Positions 53,251 to 64,000 of a stretch of 64,000 nt of DNA are shown piece by piece. This DNA is from Octopus bimaculoides (taxonomy: Eukaryota). Made by a program: the position numbers and the translations under genes. The notes beneath the pieces are model-generated. The model saw only the letters and a program-made list of their open reading frames with translations. It ran no database searches and had not been told where the DNA came from. Location of the stretch: positions 173,798,983 through 173,862,982 of the forward strand of contig NC_068982.1 of assembly GCF_001194135.2 (NCBI RefSeq), given 5' to 3'. Numbering within the stretch: the stretch's first letter is position 1; each line of letters begins with the position of its first letter.

Positions 53251-56073
53251 AAAAAAGAGAGAAAGTGAGAGATGGATGCACGTATGTATGTATATAAACA
53301 TAAAAAGTGATGTTAATTGTTAGATTATTAAAACCTAATTATAGTAAATCTGAAATTTTCGTCTAGGTAAGTCATCAGTGTATCCCTCCGGCAGTAATAT
53401 ATTTACAATATTTATTTGGGAAATATTTGAACAATTTCATGGAAATATGCCGACATCTCCGGGCTAATTCATGTCAATGATTCAGTAATTTGTATCTAGA
53501 GATGGAAATATGGTAGATTTCTTCGAAGCATAATTTAATTGTTTATAATTTTGTTATTGTGGCTTCTGTTCCTAACTCTCTTAATTCCTCTTAATACATC
53601 TATTTATCTTTAAATTTCTCTCTCTTTCTATCTTATGTAGTGGTTGGGCGAAACAAATTTTGACCTAGTGAAGGCTTCTCCGGCTGCTAAGCTTTGTTGG
53701 TGTTTGATATTTCCCAAAATAGGAAGTTTTAATAAGGTATTACTTGCATAAAGTTACAAAGAAGAATTACCAATCTATAAACATTATGTCAAATCCATCC
53801 ACTTTTTTAATTTTAATTTCTTTTTTAATCTTTATTTCAGTTTCTAACTCTCTTCCTTTTAATTTATCTATTTATCCTTAAGGCTCTTTCTATATGTATC
53901 TTGTGTGGCTTATGGGCGAAACGAATTTCGATATAGTTAAGATTTCTTTGACTACCAAGTTTACTTTAATGTTATTCCCTTTAAAATTTTAAGGGTCACT
54001 CTAGATTTATAAGATAACAAATTTTAATAACATGTCGTATTTTACAACAACCTCTACTATCTTCTACATTAGAAAAAATATATCCTCCTCCTGAATTTTA
54101 ATTAGTATAAGACTATCAAACACAGAACTCTTTAGTTCGCTTCAAAACACCGTAGTGGTAATACCTTGAATAATGCTGCATAGATACGTATATAATCGAT
54201 TGACTTATAATGAAACTGAAGCAGCCGGATGCAACTAAATGCTACATCTTTGGATATCTATGCAGCACAGACACGTGTCAGACAGAGATTAAAAGTAAAT
54301 GTATTGTATATAATGCAGCAATAAACAAGTTTTTGAGATTATAATTCTCCATTCCTATTCTTAATGCCTTTTAAACACACACATATGCACACCCGCACGC
54401 ACTCACATACACACACATATATGTATGTATGTGTGTTTGCGTGCGTGTGTGTGTATATATGTGTGTGTTTAAGTGTGTGTGTGTGTGTGTGTGTGTGTAT
54501 TGCATCTTTGGAGGGTGATTATGCCACGAATATACACACGCACTGATTCTGTTTCACTTCTTTTATTATTATCGATCAAGTAGATAACCATTTAACCAAC
54601 TGACTAATCGAATTTTTCACTATTCATTCAGTTAATCAGTCAATCAATCAATCAATCAAACAGTTTCGCCAGAGTCCTTTGATCGCCATTAGGTGATTGA
54701 CTGATTAGCTGAACGACTAATCAAACAATCGATTAGTAAATCAGTTAGATGGTTATCTATCTTTTTATCTTTTACTTGTTTCAGTCTTTTATCTTTTACT
54801 TGTTACTTGTTGCATATACACATGCATACATAAATACATACGAAGATACATACATACATACATACATGCATACATACATACATACATACATACATACATA
54901 CATACATACATAAACACATACATGCTAACATAATACATACATACATACATACATACATGCATACGTACATTCACACATTCATATTTCTTTTTTAGTCTAT
55001 TTATTATCTGTCAATCAAAATTTACCAACTTCCTCTATATTTATCTAGATATCATTTAATATTTCTTTCGAAATATAACTCTCTTTATTTCCTAACATAT
55101 GTATCTATTATCTATCGATCAATTTATATGTCTTTCTATTAAATTATCTTTGAAAATCTGTTTCTCCTCCCTCTTCCTTAACTCTCTCTATCTAACTCTA
55201 TCAATATGGTGTTCGTGTGAGTGAGTTTATCAATACTGTTATCAAACATGTTAGTCGCACAATATCCATCAGATACGATCGAGATAATATTTCGAAAAAG
55301 AAGGGAAGTGAAAACAGCGTAAATGTTTTCCCTCGAGGAAGCGGACAACTTTAAATAATTGTAATTTATTCTGATAAAATTGTAGATTAGAAATTCACCT
55401 TAAACATTAATCATTTCATGTATAAAAGAAACTCCCGGATCCTTAGAAAATTCTAATATTCTGTTTAACTCCGCTGCATATCTATTAAACTATGACGCTT
55501 TTTCAAAAGTAAGGAAACTTCGACAAACGGAATTGACTTCAACGAAAATTCGGTCATTTCATCAAATTCAAGCAAGGGAAACGGTATTAAGAATGTAGCA
55601 AGCCAATTTAAAAGGTATCCAAGTATAGAGTGCAGTTGTATAAGATCATTTGAGAAATATTTGTTGTAGCCCATGAACACGGGTTATTTTACACCAATTG
55701 GCTCCTACGTCAATATCTTCATTAGACATTTTATGATTCTAGCACATGCGTTCTTTATGATTTAGGTTTCAAAACAGAACATTAAAAAATCTAGCGGCAC
55801 ACAGATGGATATCTCCCAATAATAAAGCTTTGTACAATACTAATAGCTCCTCATTTTGAATTTGAAATATTCATTGATTAAATGGAATTATAAAACTCAA
55901 ATAGATAAAATGATGGAGAACATGCAACAACAATAAGCACAGTGCATTGGATAGCGGAGAATAAAAGAAAATAAAACAAGAATCATTACCGTTTCAAAAT
56001 AGAAGGAAAAATAAGGGTTAAATAAGAAGAAAACTAAATGATTAAGGTTTCTAGCAAGAACTCTTATATATAT

Positions 56074-56161
56074 ATATGCTAAAATTGGAACGATAGAGAG
56101 AAGATTAGCATGGCCTCTGCGCAAGTATGACACGCAAATTTGTAAAGCGTTCCCTACTTTT
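56074..56161 (+). pseudogene. U6: U6 snRNA-derived sequence (retrocopy) fused to a SINE/LINE-type 3' tail
   Basis: atatgctaaaattggaacgatagagagaagattagcatggcctctgcgcaagtatgacacgcaaatttgtaaagcgttccctactttt aligns ungapped to U6 nt 20-106 (human sequence from memory) with 8 mismatches. One of them converts the ACAGAGA box to AGAGAGA. Confidence 0.93.
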
Positions 56162-56223
56162 AAAGGCGGTGCTCCAGCATGGCCGCAGTCAAATGACTGA
56201 AACAAGTAAAAGAATAAAAGAAT
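56161..56223 (+). mobile_element. SINE family A 3' tail module joined to U6
   Basis: taaaggcggtgctccagcatggccgcagtcaaatgactgaaacaagtaaaagaataaaag is nearly identical to 51763-51823 and 47597-47650. Confidence 0.92.
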
Positions 56224-56300
56224 CTATATGATATGCATATAGATACACACACACACACACATATATATACATACACATGCATACATATGTATATATATTG

Positions 56301-56335
<35 letters not shown>

Positions 56336-56549
56336 TGTATATATATATATATATATATATATACAACNNNNNNNNNNNNNNNNNNNNNNNNNNNNNNNNN
56401 NNNNNNNNNNNNNNNNNNNNNNNNNNNNNNNNNNNNNNNNNNNNNNNNTATTAACCTCTTAAAGGGATGATTTCATCCAAAAAAACATTGGTTCTACACC
56501 TAATATTTCAGGGAAATAAAATTTCGCTAAATCAATAGGTTATGCATAT

Positions 56550-56924
56550 AATCAGTATTCAATTAATAGAAGAAAAGAATAGGGAGGTTTGAAAGTTAAT
56601 AACTATTTATTAATAAAGTGATACTACATACTTCCTATAGCTGTTCCAATTGCGTTCATTAAATAAATTACAAATTTTGCTTCAAATTTGCATTTATAAG
56701 ATATGGGCACAATATCATCTTCAAAAGGAATATACGATAAAAGATTACATGCTGACCTCTTAGTTCATACCGGCAGACTAAATATGTTTAAGGCATAAAT
56801 TCGTAATTTAGTTAATGAGCACAATTGAAACAGCTGTAGGAAATATGAAGTATCACTTTATTAATAGATAATTATTAGCTTTCAACTCTCCATTTTCTTT
56901 TCTTCTATTAATTGAATACTGATT
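56550..56924. mobile_element. Foldback / MITE-like element with ~140-bp diverged inverted arms
   Basis: aatcagtattcaattaatagaagaaaagaa...ttattaataaagtgatacta...attacaaattt pairs with aattcgtaattt...gtatcactttattaatag...ttcttttcttctattaattgaatactgatt. Confidence 0.85.
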
Positions 56925-56927
56925 TTT

Positions 56928-57003
<76 letters not shown>

Positions 57004-58194
57004 TGTGTGTATATATATATAGCGCCGAAAACATTTGTATTTTATGTAAGAAATTATTCTTGGAAGTACGAGTGAAATGGTCAGCGAATCGCAGCTTCGA
57101 CCTAGGAGCGTTCACTGAGAGAATATGGAAATCACGAAGAAGCTGATGATTCTGATTATTTGTGACATGAAAGAATGATTAAATTAAGACGTTAAATAAA
57201 TGGCTAGATGGCAATAAGCGTAGACATTTAACGATTATGAAGGCAGGTATGAGTATATTGTGAGTTACTGGTGTAGATTGACAGTATAAATGATTGAGAC
57301 GCTGCAGATAAGAACTGTGATATAGTGGATTAAATGTAAGTAGGGGAAAAAGAATTAGCTTAATGATAATGAACAAGATCGCTGTATGAAACACAACTTC
57401 TCGTTTGCAATTAATTTACGTACAGTTCTGTTTCTTCATCTCAGTTTTCTTAATTTATATTGCTTTTACACCTTAATTGTAAACTTCTGCTTCATTAATA
57501 TTACTAATAATTAGTTATCAATGTATGTTATTATTTTTGTGTGAACAAAGGTCAACTCTGATAAAGCAAACCTGTGGTCAAGAGTTAGTACAGTCGTGAA
57601 CACCACGTCTTCATTAGACATATCTTCTTTAATTCACAACTCGCCGTTCAACATAAATTACATATTTAATAATGCAGATCTGGATTTCTTTTTTAAAAAA
57701 GATCACAATTGGAACGATTTTGATCGGTGTTTTGTTCAATTAGCTCTTGCCTGAGGTTAAACCACATCAGCAAAAACAACAATGACAATAAAAATACCAC
57801 CACCGACACCACTACCATCATCATCATCATTTACATCATCAAGAATACTAGCAATATTCGAAGACAAGATATAGATCTTCTGCATGTACCTGCGAAATCT
57901 CTTTCATATCAATGCAGGACCACACTGGGCTTTCTCGATTGGAGTTGCGTCTTTGTTTGCACCAGACTCAACAGCCACTACCACTATCAGTACCAACTTC
58001 ATGACCATCAACACCAACACTAAAATCAGCATCATCATGGTCATCATTATCATCACCACCGCCACCACACCAACAGCAGCATCACCATCATCATCATCAT
58101 CACCATCATCAATCGTCATCACCATCATCAATCGTCATCATCATCATTATCATAAACATCATCATCATCATTATCATAAACATCATCATCATCT

Positions 58195-58316
58195 TTTACC
58201 AAATCCACTCACAAGTCTTAGGTCGGCCCGAGGCTATAGTAGAAGACACTTGCCCAACGTGCAACGCCGTGGGACTGAACCCGGAGCCATGCGGTTGGTG
58301 AGCAAACTGCTTACTG
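58195..58316 (-). mobile_element. SINE family A head
   Basis: Reverse complement: gtaagcagtttgctcaccaaccgcatggctccgggttcagtcccacggcgttgcacgttgggcaagtgtcttctactatagcctcgggccgacc. Confidence 0.9.
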
Positions 58317-58678
58317 CACGAGGCACCTTGCCAGTTTGGTATAGTCCGCACAAATCCAAGTTAGGAGTACGGAATGTAAATAAGTAACAAGGATGTACAG
58401 GTGTCAACCATTACGGCCGTTTCAAGCGGCTCTATTTAATTGATCAATGAAAACATTACCTCTCTTCTTTTGCTGATGACCATATAGATTTCAAACAGAA
58501 TTTTTTTGCAAATTTACATCAATAATAGAAACCCAAATAGTTACATTGTTTTCTTAAGTTATATCTGTGGCAGAATGATTTTTGAAAATGCTACATATCG
58601 TACTAAGCCTATTATAATTTAGAGAGTAGCATATACATACATGCATGCATACATACATACATACATATACATATATAC

Positions 58679-58725
<47 letters not shown>

Positions 58726-58969
58726 NNNNNNNNNNGCACATATTCACATATATACATGCATTCAGACGTGCACCGAGTGCTATTCATAATACGTAGGTAT
58801 ACATAAATATCTAAAGTTATCTCTACTTACACATGTGATGTACTAATATCACCAAATTACATACATGTGCGTGTTTCTGTGTGCGTGCGTACACATACAT
58901 TGTATATGTATGTATATGTATGTATGTATGTATGTATTTATGTATGTATGCATGTATGTATATATATAA

Positions 58970-59010
<41 letters not shown>

Positions 59011-59016
59011 TATGAA

Positions 59017-59096
59017 TACATAGGGTTGGCCATAAGTCGCTTTACCCATACCATTATTATTAGAAATGGGTAAAGCGACTTATGGCCATCACTGTA
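59017..59096. mobile_element. Tiny (~80 bp) Tc1/mariner-type MITE
   Basis: Perfect 23-bp inverted repeat tggccataagtcgctttacccat / atgggtaaagcgacttatggcca, a 16-bp spacer and TA-bounded ends (...catcactg|ta). Confidence 0.75.
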
Positions 59097-60007
59097 TAGG
59101 TATATGTATATATAGTCGTGTAGAAGAAAATGTCCTGAAACTATGTGAGCCGAGATAATTGTATTCAGTCTCAGATAAATGACATATGTGACATAACGAG
59201 GTTTTAAAATTTTGAAAGGAAGTAATAAAATGTATCAATAATGCTAATATATGCTGTTATAGTATAATTAACATCCTAATAAACTATGATGTATATGTGT
59301 ATTTTTATGTGTGTGCGTGTGAGTAAGTGTTTGTGTTTGTGTGTGTGTATAGAATATGCATATTTATATTAACTTTTAACTTTCCAATGATTGAGAGCCT
59401 GAATTAGAACATAGTAACGATTCGGAAACTGTGATGTGTTATATAATTGTTTGGATTGTAGTTAAAAGATTAAACACAGAAATATAATGTGAGAATGAAG
59501 ATGTAGTAGATAGAAAGTTTGAGAGAGAGAGGAATTGTGAAAGGGAGAGAAGGAGAGAGACGGGGTAAGAGAGAGTGAAATAGTGAGAGAGGAGAGAAGA
59601 GAGGATCAGGATGAAGAGGAAAGAAAGATTGAAGGAGATAGAGATGACGAAAGTTACGTTATGTATGAAGATATGTAGCCAACCGGATAAGCACGCATAC
59701 GGTTGGACAACCAGACGTAAGCGGATAAGGTGAAAGTGAAGAGACTACGGATGAGTAAGAGAGAAACTAGAAAGAGAATAGCGTTTGAAAGAAATAGGAA
59801 AAATGAGTTGAAGAGAATTGGAATATAAGAAGGAATGAAGGAGAGAAATGAAGAAAGGAAGGAAAAGAGAAAGAAGGAAACAATATGTAAATCACTGAAA
59901 ATCAGTGAATGAATGTTTGAATGATAAGTCGAATGAGATAGAAACTCTAAGAGAAGATTGTACGCGTGCGCACGGTAATTTATTGATTGCGTGCGTACAG
60001 ACAGACA

Positions 60008-60057
<50 letters not shown>

Positions 60058-60663
60058 NNNNNNNNNNNNNNNNNNNNNNNNNNNNNNNNNNNNNNNNNNN
60101 NNNNNNNNNNNNNNNNNNNNNNNNNNNNNNNNNNNNNNNNNNNNNNNNNNNNNNNNNNNNNNNNNNNNNNNNNNNNNNNNNNNNNNNNNNNNNNNNNNNN
60201 NNNNNNNNNNNNNNNNNNNNNNNNNNNNNNNNNNNNNNNNNNNNNNNNNNNNNNNNNNNNNNNNNNNNNNNNNNNNNNNNNNNNNNNNNNNNNNNNNNNN
60301 NNNNNNNNNNNNNNNNNNNNNNNNNNNNNNNNNNNNNNNNNNNNNNNNNNNNNNNNNNNNNNNNNNNNNNNNNNNNNNNNNNNNNNNNNNNNNNNNNNNN
60401 NNNNNNNNNNNNNNNNNNNNNNNNNNNNNNNNNNNNNNNNNNNNNNNNNNNNNNNNNNNNNNNNNNNNNNNNNNNNNNNNNNNNNNNNNNNNNNNNNNNN
60501 NNNNNNNNNNNNNNNNNNNNNNNNNNNNNNNNNNNNNNNNNNNNNNNNNNNNNNNNNNNNNNNNNNNNNNNNNNNNNNNNNNNNNNNNNNNNNNNNNNNN
60601 NNNNNNNNNNNNNNNNNNNNNNNNNNNNNNNNNNNNNNNNNNNNNNNNNNNNNNNNNNNNNNN

Positions 60664-60710
<47 letters not shown>

Positions 60711-60940
60711 AACATATATATGCACATGAATGTATATTGATATACATAAACACATATTTATTGCACACATGTAGCATATATAATCACAGAGAGAGAAGAG
60801 ATAGAGGGGGGAGGGAGCTATTTGAAGGACAGATGGGACAAAACGGTACAGAACATAAGAGAAAAAGTGTGTTTAATAGAGAAGGTGAAGAATGCACAGC
60901 ATGTGGGAAAGTGTGAGAGAGAAAAAGAGAGACAGTGACA

Positions 60941-60992
<52 letters not shown>

Positions 60993-61034
60993 AACACAGC
61001 TAGATAGACAGATAGAAAGAAAAAGATGAGAGGA

Positions 61035-61066
<32 letters not shown>

Positions 61067-62816
61067 AGGAAAGAAAGAAAGCAAGAAAGAAGGAAAGAAA
61101 GAAAGGAAGAAAGAAAGAACAGGAAGGAAGGTGTGTGGAGTGAGACAAAGTATTGTTTGTTAGAGAAGCAAATATGCTAGAAACTAAATATTGAATGCAA
61201 AATGAGTCGAAGTGAAGGGAATAAGATAAGAGAAATAAAGAGAGTGAACATTTATTTAATTAGTTAAAAACAAACATTGATCCGATATTTGATAATGAGA
61301 AATTCAATTTGAATGATTACTAAACATTAAAAATCAATTTCATTTTCTTTGAAGATTTTTTTTACTAAATTTCTTGTTTGATGTTTTTATTATCATTTTT
61401 TTCTTTTTACCTTCGTTGAAACTGTCAAAGTTGACTTACTGTTTAAAGGATTGGTTATTGTCAGTTCAAGAGTTCAGGTAGAAATCTAGCGTTGAATTAA
61501 ACGGTTGAACTATGAACTAACCTGTGCAAAACATCATTTGCGGCTGGTCTAAGATATTCTTCGTTAAAAGATAGAAACAATATGAAATATGTCTACCATA
61601 TATAAAATCAATATAGTTGTAACTATTATACACTTACCTTCAAAACAAATATCTCTTATTTATAAGAGTATAAAGACAGCCTACTCAAAAGTTATCTGTA
61701 AATAGATATCCTAAACCATTTTCAAACCGCATTAAATAACCATTTTGTTCAGCATTGCGGCAAGTGGCGGAGTATAGGTAATAATCATGTAGTGCGGAGA
61801 GATTTTGACTTTCGTTAAATTCACGCATGGCACAAACTCTCATGATTCGAAATGAATGAATGTGAATGCCAGTGTGTGGTCTAACAAACTATTAGAAATA
61901 ACTGTGAAATCACTGTCAAATATACCATGACGCCATCTTAAAAAAGAAAGGAATGACAAATTCGGTAATGTGTGTCTACTTAAATTTTGCATGCAAAAAA
62001 AAAATGAATAAATAAAAAGTAAAAGACCATTTGTTCATGGTTGGTACACCAAAGTCTATTTGCCATAGATTTACTCAATCAGGGCTGAAATACAGCGTAG
62101 TAACTATGGCCTCTTTTCCACTACTGTTATTGCTCAGCATATTTGAAGCATACATTTTGTCACGATTTCATTGAACTGATTTTTCATATGTGTGTATTAC
62201 ATATATATGTATGTATTTATATAAATATGACAGAGAGAGAGAGAACGGAGGGAGGGAGGGAGAGAGAAATAAGAAGAAAGAGAGAAAAGAGAGAAAGAGA
62301 AAGAGAAAGAGAGACATCCATAGCGTTGCATAATGGGGTTTCTAAAGTAATACAATTTGTGTTAAAGGCTAATTCTTCTTGAATCGCATTAGGTTTTTAC
62401 CCAGTCTGTTTTGCGTAAGGTTAAAAGTATAGTATAATCTGTTCTTGGATAAGACATTACTCTTTCCTACGTAAATCTTCTTTCAATCCAGATAGTAATC
62501 ATACTGAATACTGTTAGTCCAGAAAAAATACGTGGATTTCATAAAAACGATACTACTTGCAATAGTGAATTGCACCAGATGATTACCACCCTGCCGAATC
62601 TAGCTGAAAGCCAGTATACGTGCGTGTATGGTATGTGTGTGTACATGTGTGTGTGTTTCTTTATGCGTGTTCGATTGAGTACGTACATGTATCTGTGTCT
62701 GCATGTAGGATGTATAAACTAATGTTTGGTTGTCAGCGGTTCTCAAAGTATCGAAAAAGCTAGATCAATTGCAATCATTATTAGAAGATCTAAGAAATTC
62801 AGATAAGCTTCTAAAT

Positions 62817-63161
62817 CAGTGGTTCTCAGCCATTTTCTATCTATGGACCCCTTTGGTTACTATTTTTACTCTGGTGGACCTCCATAACCATTCGATGTTT
62901 AAAAAGAAATTTTATAAAGACTTCTTTCATAATTCCTATTTTGTTCACTCATTCACTTGCATAGGTTGAAGTGTGTAAAACGTTAGAAAGAGAAACCAAG
63001 CTTTTTCTTGCTATACATATATTTAAATCAAAATTTTTCGTGGACCTTTAAAATAGTACTGTGGATCCCCAACTTACTATTTTTGGCTAGAATGGACACC
63101 CAAAATTTTACATGGACCCCCCCCCCCCCAGGGACCATGTGGACCAAGCTCAGAACCACTA
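62817..63161. mobile_element. hAT (Charlie-like) non-autonomous element
   Basis: TIRs cagtggttctcag / ctcagaaccacta and an 8-bp TSD ttctaaat / ctctaaat (one mismatch). Internal tggaccc motifs are reiterated. Confidence 0.85.
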
Positions 63162-63280
63162 CTCTAAATTAATGAATTTTGAATTTAAATGGGAAGAACA
63201 AAGCACATAATCATTAAAATATTTGAGATTTGATTTAGTTGAAGTGATTATCATATATTGATATATTTTTATGTTTCGCG

Positions 63281-63450
63281 AGCAACTAGCAATTTTACGG
63301 GTATGGGGCTAGTCGAATACTTTATTCTATCCACCCTGACAAGATAGATGGCAAAGTCGATCCCAGTGGGATTTGAACTTAAAAGAGCCGGAACAAATAC
63401 CGCAAAACATTTTTCCGACACCCTCACAATTCTGGTAATTCATCACGCTG
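63281..63450 (-). mobile_element. SINE family B, degenerate
   Basis: Reverse complement: ttaagttcaaatcccactgggatcgactttgccatctatcttgtcagggtggatagaataaa. Confidence 0.65.
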
Positions 63451-64000
63451 AGGAACAATAATAATGAAAGTAATTAAAAACCCTAGAAAGACGTCATATT
63501 CACAGCATTCAAATGCTATAACAGAAGCGAAACTAAATACGTCATCAAGTCTTTCATGGCACTAAAATGTATCATTCTTCTGAAATTCTTACTTTGACAA
63601 TGATTTCTTGTAACAGTTCAAAACAACATCAACTGTACCATTGTAACCTAGTTATATCAACCAAATCGTAGTGATGTGGGTGGTGAGAAACTAATGAGAT
63701 TATTTTCTCAGACCCTTTGAAAGACGAAAAGAAAAAAAAAAGAACTACGTTTAGATAGATATTTGTGAAATAAATTGACTGTCATGAAAACCTTCATCTG
63801 TCTTCAGGAGCTGACTGAGAATCAATACAGTTTAAATAGATAGATGTCATCATAGACGCCATATATATACGTGTGTGAGTGTGTACTTGCATGTGCGTGT
63901 TTCTGACTATGTCTCTGTTTGTGCGTGTGTATACATATACATACGCACCCCCCCCATATATGTGTGTATATATATATGTACATATATATATATATATATA

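Noticed and set aside
55465-55680. Overlapping open frames on both strands
   Set aside because: No start or acceptor context and no recognisable motif.
56074-56161. Functional U6 gene
   Set aside because: The ACAGAGA box is mutated, the 5' stem is eroded, no PSE/TATA is evident, and it is fused to a repeat tail.

Overview
This is AT-rich, microsatellite-saturated eukaryotic DNA with about 20 N-gaps, most of them next to (TA)n/(TG)n/(AG)n tracts. The repeat content suggests an octopus or other coleoid cephalopod draft assembly (inference, not verified). No host gene can be named with confidence. Nearly all ORFs in the supplied track are artefacts of simple repeats or gaps; a few minus-strand exon-like segments (10.1-17.9 kb) remain unassigned. 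The window is mostly a transposon graveyard. It holds two abundant tRNA-type SINE families, two DD37D Tc1/mariner copies, mariner and hAT MITEs and a Chapaev3-like transposase scrap. It also holds LINE fragments (RTE-like, L1/Tx1-like, R4/Dong-like) and four or five distinct Penelope-like (PLE) remnants. The most notable observations are: (1) a U6 snRNA copy fused through its terminal T-run to the same 3' tail used by the local SINE family (56.07-56.22 kb); (2) a 160-bp palindrome made of two opposed minimal hammerhead-ribozyme folds (49.3-49.5 kb), among several other foldbacks; (3) a free-standing tRNA-like cloverleaf with a non-canonical anticodon loop; (4) a tRNA-like Pol III module directly behind a PLE endonuclease. 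There is no CRISPR array, rRNA or intact tRNA gene. All family assignments come from motif recall and need HMM/BLAST confirmation.
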